A stretch of 60,001 nt of DNA, taken from positions 1-60,001 of the forward strand of contig CAIWNX010000170.1 in assembly GCA_903914175.1 (NCBI GenBank), in the 5' to 3' direction. A model generated the notes under the pieces. The model made no database searches. It had not been told where the DNA came from and was given only the letters and a program-made list of their open reading frames with translations. The translations under genes and the position numbers were made by a program. This document shows positions 1-9,373 of this stretch, in pieces (the first letter of the stretch is position 1; each line of letters opens with the position of its first letter). Source of the stretch: an uncultured beta proteobacterium (lineage in GTDB: Bacteria; Pseudomonadota; Gammaproteobacteria; Burkholderiales; Burkholderiaceae_C).

Positions 1-2590
1 CACGCCCATCGCAACCGGCACGCTGACCGACACCGATGTGGATAACTCGGCCAACACCTTTACTGTCGTCGCAGCCGCGACGCCCAGCACCGGTGGCTTC
101 GGCAGCTTCACGATGACCGCAGGCGGCGTGTGGACCTACACGCTCAACAATGCCAACGCAACGGTTCAGGCGCTCAACGTTGGTGGCACGCTGACCGATA
201 CCTTTTCGGTCAGCGCAATCGACGGTACAGCCCAGGTCGTGACGGTAACGATTACTGGCACCAACGACGCAGCCATCATCAGTGGCACCAGCACTGGCGT
301 CGTGATCGAAGCCGGTGGCGTTGCAAACGCAACAACTGGAACGCCTACAGCTACCGGCACGCTCACAGCCACCGATGTGGACAGCGCAGCGACGTTTAAT
401 GCGGTAACCACGGCGTCTGCCAGCACCGGCGGCTTCGGCAGCTTCACGCTGAGCGCAGCCGGCGTCTGGACCTACACACTGAACAACGCCAATGTGGCAG
501 TACAGGCACTCAACGTGGGCCAGTCCCTGACCGATACCTTCACCGTCAGCACCAGTGACGGCACAAGTCAGGTGGTGACGGTGACGATCAACGGCAGCAA
601 TGATGCCGCCATTCTCTCCAGCGCCAACGTGGCGCTGACCGAGACCAATGCGGCCTTGAGCACCAGCGGCACGCTGACCATCAGCGATGTCGACAGCGCA
701 GCCACCTTTGTGGCGCAGACCAACGCAGCCGGTGCCAACGGAAACTTCAGCATTGATGCAGCAGGTGCCTGGAGCTACACCGCCAACAGCGCGTTTGACA
801 GCTTGAACGTAGGCCAGTCGGTCTCGGATACCTTCACAGTGGCCAGTGCCGATGGCACGCTCACGTCAGTCAAGGTCACCATCAACGGCACCAACGATGC
901 AGCGGTCATCAGCGGCACCAGCACGGGCGCGGCAACCGAAGCCGGCGGTGTGGCCAATGCATTGGTTGGAACGCCAACGGCAACTGGCACGCTGACCGAC
1001 ACCGATGTGGACAACACAGCCAACAGCTTCACGGCAGTGACCGCCGGAGTGGCCAGCTTCGGCACCTTCACCATGACGACGGGCGGTGTCTGGACCTACA
1101 CGCTCAACAACGCCAACGCAACGGTTCAGGCACTCAATTTCGGCGGTACCCTGAGCGACAGCTTTACGATCAACACCATTGACGGCACAAGCCAGGTGGT
1201 CACGGTAACGATCATTGGCCGCAACGATGCCGCAGTGATCAGCGGCACCAGCACTGGCGCCGTGATCGAAGCCGGCGGCGTTGCCAACGCCACGCCTGGC
1301 ACGCCAACGGCAACTGGCAACCTGACTGATACCGATATCGACAACACCGCCAACACCTTCACGGCAGTGCCAGCAGGTACCGGCAGCAATGGCGGTTTGG
1401 GCAGCTTCGCCATGACGACCGGTGGTGTCTGGACCTACACCCTCAACAACGCCAACACATCCGTGCAGGGGCTCAACGTCGGCCAATCCCTGACAGACAC
1501 CTTCACGGTCGCCACAGCCGATGGCACGACGCAACTGGTGAGCGTCACCATCACCGGCACCAACGATGCAGCCGTGATCGGCGGCACCAGCACAGGCGCT
1601 GTGGTCGAAGCCAGTGGCGTTGCCAATGCAATCATCGGCACACCCACCGCAACCGGCACCTTGACCGACGCCGATGTGGACAACACCGCCAATACTTTCA
1701 CGGCTGTGACAACGGCGACCACCAGTGTCAGCGGCTTCGGAACATTCACGATGACGGCCGCTGGCGTCTGGACCTACGCCCTCAACAACGCCAACGCAAC
1801 GGTGCAGGCACTCAACGTCGGCGGCACGCTGAGCGACAGCTTCACGGTCACAAGCGCAGACGGCACGGCGCAGGTGGTGACGCTGACGATCAATGGCGCC
1901 AATGACGCTGCCATCATCAGCGGTACCAGCACGGGCGCGGTCATTGAAGCAGGCGGCCTGGCCAATGCCATACCTGGTACGCCAATCGCTACTGGCGCCT
2001 TGACCGACACCGACCTGGACAACCCGGCCAACAGCTTTATTGCCTTGCCATCGGCAACGATCAGCACGGGTGGTTTCGGCACCTTCACGATGACAGCGGG
2101 TGGCGTCTGGACCTACGCCCTCAACAACGCCAATGCCAGCGTGCAAGGCCTTAACGCCGGCCAAACCCTGAGTGACACCTTCACGGTGAATTCGATTGAT
2201 GGCACGGCCAAGTTGGTGACGGTGACGATCAACGGCCGCAACGACGTGGCGATTGTTGGCGGCAACAGCAGCGGCGCGGTGACGGAAGCCGGCGGTTCGC
2301 CTGCCGCCCCCACCGCCGGCACGCCGGTTGCGACCGGCACCTTGACCGACACCGATGTGGACAACCCGGCCAATACCTTTACGCCGGTGGCGCTGGCAAC
2401 GGTGAGCACGGGCGGCTTCGGCTCCTACACGATGACAGCGGGCGGGCTCTGGACCTACACCCTGAACAACGCGAATGCGACAGTCGACGCCCTGGGCGCC
2501 GGCCAGATCCTGAGCGATAGCTTCACGGTCACGACCGTTGACGGCACCGAGCAGGTCGTCACCATTGCGATCAACGGCACGGATGACGGC
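1..2590 (+). repeat. Intragenic tandem VCBS repeats (~300 bp period)
   Basis: Recurrent DNA block tggacctacac/gc..ctcaacaacgccaa at roughly 130, 465, 1090, 1430, 1770, 2110 and 2450. One divergent unit at ~600-890. Confidence 0.85.
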
Positions 2591-5500
2591 GTCACGGTGG
2601 CGCAAGCGCTGATCCTTCGTGCGACCCAACCTGCTGCCGTGATCTGGCTGCTCGACACCGCAGCGCACCTGCTCGCCGCCAGTGCGACGCTGGTGGCTAG
2701 CGCAGCTCGGGTGACGGTGAGCGATTCCATCCTGGTGGCCGATGCCGCGACGCTGCTGGCACGCAACAGTCAAACGGTTTTCAACCAGCTGAGCGACACC
2801 TCGGCGCATCTGGTGGCGGCCACGCCTGCCCTGGGCCATGCGGCAGTCGGTGTCACGGCCAGTGATGGTGCGACCATCGTGCAGGCGACAGCCATCCTTG
2901 CCATCACCAATACCGGCCTGACCAGCTACAACGTGGTTGACACGGCAGCAGCGCTGGCGGCAGTCACCTCGCTAACAGCAACAGCGGCGCTCAATGCGGC
3001 GTTCAACATTACTGCGACCACTGCGGCAACGGTGGCACAAGCCACCATCATCAACGCCTTTGCCAACAGCGGCGTGCAGATCTACGACATTACCGACACC
3101 GCAGCCGCTCTGGCCACGGCCGGGGCAGTGGGCAGCGGTGCGCGCGACCTTGTCGCTACAACTGCAGCCAGCATGGCGCAGGCCGAGGTATTCAGTGTGT
3201 TTGGCAACAGCGGTACGACGGGCTATGCGATTGCCGACAGCGCTGCCAATATTCTGGCGGGAATTTCTGCATTCTTTGGTTTGACGCTGGTTGGCGCCAG
3301 TTCGGTCAATGCGACGGGCAGGCCGACCCTGTCGGTGGTCGATGCCAATACGCTGCTGATCACTTATCACGTGTCGATGATCTACGACCTGTCCGACAGC
3401 ACGGCGGCACTGCTAGTGGGAACCAACGTGACAATCCAGACCGCGCTCAATGTGACGGTCCGCGATGCCGTTTCGGCCGCCAATGCGACCCTTCTGCTGG
3501 CCAAGCTGGGCGTGGCCGGTCATCTGATCTACAACCTGAGCGACACAGCGGCCCATTTGCTCACTGCAGCGCCCGCAACGGTCAGCGGCGCAGCGCTGGT
3601 TTTGGTGAGCGATTTGGTCACGGTTGCGAGTGCCGCATCCTTGCGCGCGCTCAATGCCCAGACGCACTACAACCTGAATGACAGCGCGGCCAATCTGGCG
3701 GCTACTACATTGGCGGTTGGCAGCGGCGCGACCAACATCACCGTGACGGGTCTGAGCAACGTGACGCAGGCGACCGTGATTCACAGCTTTGGCAATGGCG
3801 GCACGCTTGTCTACAACCTGAGCGACACCTCGGCCCATCTGATTACAGCCCTGGGCGCGGTACTCACCGGTGCAGCGAGTATTGCAGTGACCGACGCCGT
3901 CACGGTGGCGTCGGCAACTACTTTGCTGGCCGGCAACGCCAACGCCATCTATGCCCTGTCCGACACAGCCAGCAACCTGGCGGCGGCGTTGGTCAACGTT
4001 GGACACCATGCCACGCTCATCAACGCGACCACGCCGGTGAGCGTGGTGCAGATCGATGCCATTCGCGCCATTGCCAATGCTGGTGTGCTGACGACGCTCG
4101 GTCTGGCCGACACCGCAGCGCATCTGGTGGCCGCGATTGGCGCATTTGATCCGGGTCTTGCCAGTGCCATCTCTTTCACAGTGACGGATACGGTGACGGT
4201 AGCGCAGGCTGATGCCATTCATGGCTTCAACGCGATCTCGGCGCAAGCCAGTTACGCACTGGCCGACAGCGTCGGCAATGTGGTCGCCGCGATGAACGCG
4301 CACGATGCGGCGCTGTTCAAGATCTCGGCGCTGAGTTTGACGGGAACGGCGACGGTGGCGCAGGCCGACGTCATCCACGCCTTCAATGCGGTGGCGGCGC
4401 AGGCGACCTACGCGGTGTCCGACAGCCCGGTCAACCTGGTTGCCGCCGTCAACGCGGCCGATCCGGCGCTGGCCAACGCCAGCTCGGTCGTCATCACCGG
4501 CGCAGTCACGCTGGCGCAGGCCGATGTGGTGCGCGCGTACACCACGGCACACTTCGGACTTGCATTTCCGATCAGCTACGCACTGGTCGAAAGTTCCGCC
4601 AACCTGCTGTCGACGTCGAGCATTTTCACCATCGCCGGTGCCACCCACGTCACCGTGACCGATGCGCCGACGCTGTTTGTCAGCCAAGCCGATGGACTGT
4701 TCTCGCTTAACGCCAACACCACCTTCGCCCTTGGCTATGTGCTGGCCGATAACGCGCTTGCCCTGCTGCACCCGGTCTTTGCGGCCAGCATCAGCGCCGC
4801 GACGCAGGTCACGGTGACCGACTCGCCGCTGCTTGTGGCGGCCGATGCCAACACGCTGCTCGCTGTTGATCACGCCGTATTCCCGTTCGGCTATTCGCTC
4901 TCCGACACGGGGTCTGCCCTGGTGGCAGCGAGTGCCGCCACGGTGCATGGCGCATTGGCGGTCACGGCGACTGACGCGCTGGTAGTGACGCAGGCCGCAA
5001 CGCTGCGCGCCGAACTCGGTGCCGGTGCCAGCATCAACTACTTCCTGGTCGACACCGCGGCACATCTGGCAGCGGCAACACCGGCGCTGGTCAGTGCCGC
5101 CAGCGCCGTGACGGTGAGCGACACCGCCACCGTGGCGCAGGCGACCATCATCCACGGCGAAGCACCTGCCGCGCATTACAGCGTTACCGACGCTTCGACA
5201 GCGCTGGCGACGGCCCTTGCCACCGGCAACGCCAGCCTGGTAACGGTCGAGCACGCCAGTACCCTGGCCGTGACGGATGCGAGCGGAATTCTGACGGTCA
5301 ACGCCAATCAGTTCGGCAATCTGCTGCTCGGCCCGGTGCTGCTGGCGGCCAACGACACCATCACCATCGATGGCCTGGATGTCAATGTGAATCTGGGAAC
5401 CCTGCACGCCTTTGGTGGTGATGTGGCGTCGACGCAGTCATTGACGCTGGGTGGTGTTCGCAACGGCTCCTACACCGTTGACATGGGGACTTCGGGTGAA

Positions 5501-5845
5501 ACCGCGATCTTCATGGACGGCACCGGGGTGCAGCACATCGTGGCTTCGTCGAGCACCAAGGAAAAATTCAGCGTCGGTATCACCAACACCGGTGGCTCGT
5601 TCATCACGAACCTCGATATCGCCGATTCGATCGACACCATCGGCAGCAGGACGCCTGCACTGGTGGATCCGTCGGTTGCCTCGGCCGCGCTGGTGAACGG
5701 TGTCGGCAAGTGGTCCTACACCGGCGGTGTCTTGACCTGGTGGGATCAGGGAATCAACGCTGCCGATCACCTGACGCTCACGCTGGTGGGTACCGCGCAT
5801 GGTCTGGTGCTGGACAACAACCACCATTCGTTCACGGTGATCTGA
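1..5845 (+). CDS. Giant VCBS-repeat surface adhesin, 5' partial (frame is open from the window start)
   Basis: Tandem ~100-aa repeats (GTLTDTDVDN...G.WTYTLNN.N..VQALN.G..L.DTFTV...DGT...VTVTI.G.ND) typical of VCBS domains up to ~2590. A second repeat type follows, then a C-terminus loosely like T1SS-substrate ends. Confidence 0.85.
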   Translation, partial: TPIATGTLTDTDVDNSANTFTVVAAATPSTGGFGSFTMTAGGVWTYTLNNANATVQALNVGGTLTDTFSVSAIDGTAQVVTVTITGTNDAAIISGTSTGVVIEAGGVANATTGTPTATGTLTATDVDSAATFNAVTTASASTGGFGSFTLSAAGVWTYTLNNANVAVQALNVGQSLTDTFTVSTSDGTSQVVTVTINGSNDAAILSSANVALTETNAALSTSGTLTISDVDSAATFVAQTNAAGANGNFSIDAAGAWSYTANSAFDSLNVGQSVSDTFTVASADGTLTSVKVTINGTNDAAVISGTSTGAATEAGGVANALVGTPTATGTLTDTDVDNTANSFTAVTAGVASFGTFTMTTGGVWTYTLNNANATVQALNFGGTLSDSFTINTIDGTSQVVTVTIIGRNDAAVISGTSTGAVIEAGGVANATPGTPTATGNLTDTDIDNTANTFTAVPAGTGSNGGLGSFAMTTGGVWTYTLNNANTSVQGLNVGQSLTDTFTVATADGTTQLVSVTITGTNDAAVIGGTSTGAVVEASGVANAIIGTPTATGTLTDADVDNTANTFTAVTTATTSVSGFGTFTMTAAGVWTYALNNANATVQALNVGGTLSDSFTVTSADGTAQVVTLTINGANDAAIISGTSTGAVIEAGGLANAIPGTPIATGALTDTDLDNPANSFIALPSATISTGGFGTFTMTAGGVWTYALNNANASVQGLNAGQTLSDTFTVNSIDGTAKLVTVTINGRNDVAIVGGNSSGAVTEAGGSPAAPTAGTPVATGTLTDTDVDNPANTFTPVALATVSTGGFGSYTMTAGGLWTYTLNNANATVDALGAGQILSDSFTVTTVDGTEQVVTIAINGTDDGVTVAQALILRATQPAAVIWLLDTAAHLLAASATLVASAARVTVSDSILVADAATLLARNSQTVFNQLSDTSAHLVAATPALGHAAVGVTASDGATIVQATAILAITNTGLTSYNVVDTAAALAAVTSLTATAALNAAFNITATTAATVAQATIINAFANSGVQIYDITDTAAALATAGAVGSGARDLVATTAASMAQAEVFSVFGNSGTTGYAIADSAANILAGISAFFGLTLVGASSVNATGRPTLSVVDANTLLITYHVSMIYDLSDSTAALLVGTNVTIQTALNVTVRDAVSAANATLLLAKLGVAGHLIYNLSDTAAHLLTAAPATVSGAALVLVSDLVTVASAASLRALNAQTHYNLNDSAANLAATTLAVGSGATNITVTGLSNVTQATVIHSFGNGGTLVYNLSDTSAHLITALGAVLTGAASIAVTDAVTVASATTLLAGNANAIYALSDTASNLAAALVNVGHHATLINATTPVSVVQIDAIRAIANAGVLTTLGLADTAAHLVAAIGAFDPGLASAISFTVTDTVTVAQADAIHGFNAISAQASYALADSVGNVVAAMNAHDAALFKISALSLTGTATVAQADVIHAFNAVAAQATYAVSDSPVNLVAAVNAADPALANASSVVITGAVTLAQADVVRAYTTAHFGLAFPISYALVESSANLLSTSSIFTIAGATHVTVTDAPTLFVSQADGLFSLNANTTFALGYVLADNALALLHPVFAASISAATQVTVTDSPLLVAADANTLLAVDHAVFPFGYSLSDTGSALVAASAATVHGALAVTATDALVVTQAATLRAELGAGASINYFLVDTAAHLAAATPALVSAASAVTVSDTATVAQATIIHGEAPAAHYSVTDASTALATALATGNASLVTVEHASTLAVTDASGILTVNANQFGNLLLGPVLLAANDTITIDGLDVNVNLGTLHAFGGDVASTQSLTLGGVRNGSYTVDMGTSGETAIFMDGTGVQHIVASSSTKEKFSVGITNTGGSFITNLDIADSIDTIGSRTPALVDPSVASAALVNGVGKWSYTGGVLTWWDQGINAADHLTLTLVGTAHGLVLDNNHHSFTVI

Positions 5846-6062
5846 AACTGCGCGGCGCCGACCTCAGGACCAACCATGGCAGCACCGTTCTTGCCCCAAT
5901 TGTGGTTCCCCGGCTTTTGGGGAAAAGACGCAATGGCCGCTGCCGTGGCCCTGTTGCCAGGGCCCTGGTGCTACAGGGTTTTACCCATGAAACAACACAA
6001 AACAGGGGGTAACAACCCTGTATTTCAGCGCTTTTCAGGAGATTTGCAGATTGGTAACAAAG

Positions 6063-6078
6063 TGGAACAGATGTTGCA
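6063..6078 (+). promoter_or_regulatory. Putative sigma-54 (-24/-12) promoter of secreted paralog 1
   Basis: TGGAACAGATGTTGCA; GG and GC at the exact spacing of the consensus TGGCACG-N4-TTGC. Confidence 0.6.
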
Positions 6079-6220
6079 TTCAGCGCTTTGTCGGAGCGTG
6101 TTCCCAGCGCGAGCCGACCGGGTTCGGGGGTCTGTTCCTGAGCGCTGAGTGAAGCGAGAAGCCGCCATCGCACCCTTGGCGACATTGACAGTTGATGGAT
6201 CAATTTTTTTGGAGTTAATC

Positions 6221-9172
6221 ATGACACACGCAAAAGCAATCAATGCCCGCTACGGAGGACTGGTGCAGCGCTGGCTCTTCGTGCTGTTGGCATTAATGAC
6301 CTTCCTGCTGGCCTCGCCAGCGCAAGCATCCCGCATCAACGGCGGGCTTGGCATACCGGGGCCCGCGCCCTTACTGGCACCGTCGCCGGTGCCGCCGCAG
6401 TTTGATATCACCGGCTTCATCCAGGACGCCACCGTTGACCTCACCATGTGCCCGGCGGTAACCAATTCGCGCCTGAAGGGCGGCACCGTCACGCTCAATG
6501 GGCAGAAGGTCATTGTGCCGTGCAACACCATCCTGCAAATGCCGGCCTTCGCCGCCACCTGGGCTGATCTGTTCACGCTGGCGCCCAAAGACATCACGCC
6601 CGCCGGCAAGAGCGGTCTGGCCCTGGCCGACCCCTTCGTTCCCAGTACCAACGGTTTGCTCAGCAGCGCGCCAACGGCCTACAACTCACCGCTGCCCTCG
6701 CAGGAGATCCAGGTGGTGGGCAACGTCATTGACGGCCAGTACATCGCCGGTCTGGTTTTCATTTCGCAGCAATCCTTGAACGGTGGCCAGGGCATCATCA
6801 GTTGCATTGATTACGCAACCGGTGAACTGCAGGTCGGTGGCGCAGTTCAAGCGCACGGCTCGCCCTGCGTGCTGCCGGTGCCCCCGGGCGTGGCGCGGGT
6901 TCGCATGAATGACCCGCAGGGTCGCTTTGGCATCACGCACGGCGCCATCGGCAGCGGTGCTGACGTGGAAGAAGCGGGCTATGACCCGCGCTACACGGCA
7001 GATACCGACAACCCCACCATGCACTCGGCGCTGGGTTTCCCGATCTGCATCCCGGCCTTCAATCCGCTGCAGACCATGGACGCGCGCTGCCCGATCTACA
7101 ACCGTCCGATTGCGCCCGACAACTGCAAGTCCTTCAACCCCGTGACCGGGTTGCCGCAGTTTGGCGCGCAGACCGGTCTCACCGGCTATTGCACCACCTG
7201 GGTGATGGACGTGCCGGGCGCGCATACGCCACTCAAGCTTGATGCCACCGACCCCTTGTTGCCCGCACCTCTGGTAATCGGTGACACGATCGGCTTTCAC
7301 GGAAACTTGAAGGCCGATGCCAATGGCGTTTACATGTCGGCCCATACCATTGATGCCAACCTCGGCATCTACACGCAGCCGCACGTCAAACCCTCTTACG
7401 TCTTCATGGAAGGCGTGCTGGTCGGCACCGGCGGCGGTGCTGTGGGTGGATTGAACGTGGAGACGACGACCAAGGTTTCCTGGACTGGCTTTACCACCGA
7501 CCCGTCGGAACTGGTGGACTTCTTCTCGCTGCACCAGGACCCCATCACCGGCGTCGTGAGCGAGTACTACCTGCAGACCTACGACCCCTGCTGCACGCCG
7601 CTGGGACGCTTTCGCTCGCCGGCCAATAACATTGGCGCTTTCGGCGAACCGCAGCGCAATTACCGCGCGGTCAGCCGCACCATGTGCCAGCCCGATGGCG
7701 CAGGCGACCTGACGCCGGCCCTGCAAGCCATTTGCCATATGGACCCATTGCATGCGCCCTCGGCAACCGCGCTGCAGGCCAGTACCACGCAAACGCCGAT
7801 TGGCCTGACGCCGGGCCAGTACACGCTACCCAATTTTGAGTTTATCTTTGCCGAGAACCTGAATTTTGGCGCGCCGCTGGTGCCGAACAATTTCCAGGAC
7901 CTGCCTTTCCTGTTCTGCGGCTCGGGTCCCATCAATGGCCCTGGCTCCAACTCGACCGTGGTCGGCCAGCTTGACCCGCCGCCCTGGGCGCTGCCGATGT
8001 CGGATCCGGTCTTCCACTCGACTCTTTGTCCGGCAGCACTGGCCGTGGGTGCGGCACCGGTTGTTGTTGGCCCACCGGCAGCCAAGCCGCCAGTGATCAA
8101 TTCAGTGACAGCGACACCGGCGACCACCACCGTTGGCAGACTGACTGTTGTTACGCTCAGCGTAGCCGCGACTGATCCAAACACGCCGACCAATCTGGCC
8201 TATTCCTGGACGCCGCCGGCTGGCGTGATCATGTCCTGCGGCGTCTGCACGCCCAATGCCAGCAACGCGACCGTGACAGCCACTTTCAATCCGACCCAAG
8301 CGGGCACCCTGGTCTTTGCGGTCACGGTCCTCAACGGCGTGTTGCCTAACGCAACCGGCAGCGTCTCCGTGCTGGTCGCGGCCAACACCGCCCGGGCACC
8401 CACGCTCAAGAGCTTTAACGGGACATCGGGCAACCTCAACGGTGGCCAGTTGGGTACCTTGACGGCGATTGGCAATACCAGCCCGACTGGCGGCACAGTG
8501 TCGTTCAGCTTCAAGCAGACCGGCGGACCGGCTGTGATCGTGAACGGTGCCGTGGTGCCGCTGGGGCAGCCGATACCGGTGAAGACGACCTCCGGTGCGG
8601 CGCCCGCGGATCAGACCGCCAATGCGACCTTTACCGCGCCTTTCGTTGCGGCCAAGGCCAACATGACCTTCCAGGCAACGGTGAAGGACAATGCCAGCGG
8701 CCTGACCACCAGCAGTGGCACGACCGCCGTCACAATTGGGGTTGCCGCCACGCCGCCTGACACCATCACCTTCCTCGGTGGTGTGGTGAATTACCTCAAC
8801 CTCGGCAATGTCGGTGGTGTGGTGGCGCAGCGCGGCAAGCTCACCGTCAGCGTCACTTCAACGGCCAACCCGCCGCCCCCGGGCATGACGATGACGGCGA
8901 GCTTCTTCAACAGCACCTTGCCAGCCAACATTCCGGGCAGCAGCGCGCTGCCGATGACGGCGCAACTGGTCTACACCGCAGCCGACCCGATCGGAACCAC
9001 CGGTGCCGGCGCCGTTTGCGGCACCGCACCGTGCTGGACCGCACTGATCTCCGGCGTGATTGCCAACACCAGTGTCACACCGGCCGTGCTGGTGCCGCCG
9101 ACCTCGGTAACCGTCAGGTCCAGCCTGGGCGGAACAAGGACCGTGACCGGTGCGGCGATCGTGATCCGGTAA
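6221..9172 (+). CDS. Secreted Cys/Pro-rich protein of unknown function with C-terminal Ig/PKD-like domains (paralog 1)
   Basis: ATG at 6221 with GGAG RBS and a Sec signal (LLASPAQA). Shares PPQFDITGFIQ, VPCNTILQMPA, YIAGL.FISQQ, PNFEFIF.ENL and FLFCGSGP with the ORFs at 15185 and 21597. Confidence 0.85.
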   Translation: MTHAKAINARYGGLVQRWLFVLLALMTFLLASPAQASRINGGLGIPGPAPLLAPSPVPPQFDITGFIQDATVDLTMCPAVTNSRLKGGTVTLNGQKVIVPCNTILQMPAFAATWADLFTLAPKDITPAGKSGLALADPFVPSTNGLLSSAPTAYNSPLPSQEIQVVGNVIDGQYIAGLVFISQQSLNGGQGIISCIDYATGELQVGGAVQAHGSPCVLPVPPGVARVRMNDPQGRFGITHGAIGSGADVEEAGYDPRYTADTDNPTMHSALGFPICIPAFNPLQTMDARCPIYNRPIAPDNCKSFNPVTGLPQFGAQTGLTGYCTTWVMDVPGAHTPLKLDATDPLLPAPLVIGDTIGFHGNLKADANGVYMSAHTIDANLGIYTQPHVKPSYVFMEGVLVGTGGGAVGGLNVETTTKVSWTGFTTDPSELVDFFSLHQDPITGVVSEYYLQTYDPCCTPLGRFRSPANNIGAFGEPQRNYRAVSRTMCQPDGAGDLTPALQAICHMDPLHAPSATALQASTTQTPIGLTPGQYTLPNFEFIFAENLNFGAPLVPNNFQDLPFLFCGSGPINGPGSNSTVVGQLDPPPWALPMSDPVFHSTLCPAALAVGAAPVVVGPPAAKPPVINSVTATPATTTVGRLTVVTLSVAATDPNTPTNLAYSWTPPAGVIMSCGVCTPNASNATVTATFNPTQAGTLVFAVTVLNGVLPNATGSVSVLVAANTARAPTLKSFNGTSGNLNGGQLGTLTAIGNTSPTGGTVSFSFKQTGGPAVIVNGAVVPLGQPIPVKTTSGAAPADQTANATFTAPFVAAKANMTFQATVKDNASGLTTSSGTTAVTIGVAATPPDTITFLGGVVNYLNLGNVGGVVAQRGKLTVSVTSTANPPPPGMTMTASFFNSTLPANIPGSSALPMTAQLVYTAADPIGTTGAGAVCGTAPCWTALISGVIANTSVTPAVLVPPTSVTVRSSLGGTRTVTGAAIVIR

Positions 9173-9239
9173 GCGGTAACGGAACCTGGCCTGACCCGCA
9201 ACGGTCGGCCAGGTTTCCGACCAAAGACATTTCCTTTTG

Positions 9240-9272
9240 GGGCGGTACGGATGACGTACCGCCCTTTTTTTT
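9240..9272 (+). terminator. Rho-independent terminator
   Basis: GGGCGGTACG-gatga-CGTACCGCCC stem followed by T8, preceded by another hairpin at 9181-9218. Confidence 0.85.
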
Positions 9273-9373
9273 GCGCCCGCGCAGGGCCGGCGATCGCGGG
9301 TAAGCACTGCCAGCCTATACGGTGGATACCGTAGTGATTGTTCGCCGCTTGCCCGGCACTATCCCATCCAACC

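Noticed and set aside
866-5407. Long antisense ORFs (866-2839 and 3413-5407), and similar ones opposite other genes (e.g. 15260-16846, 22149-23612, 51612-52997)
   Set aside because: Shadow frames of GC-rich coding sequence. They have no motifs and lie opposite well-supported genes.
8230-8250. CGVCT in paralog 1 as a heme-binding site
   Set aside because: CxxC lacks the following His and is absent from the other paralogs; more likely a disulfide.
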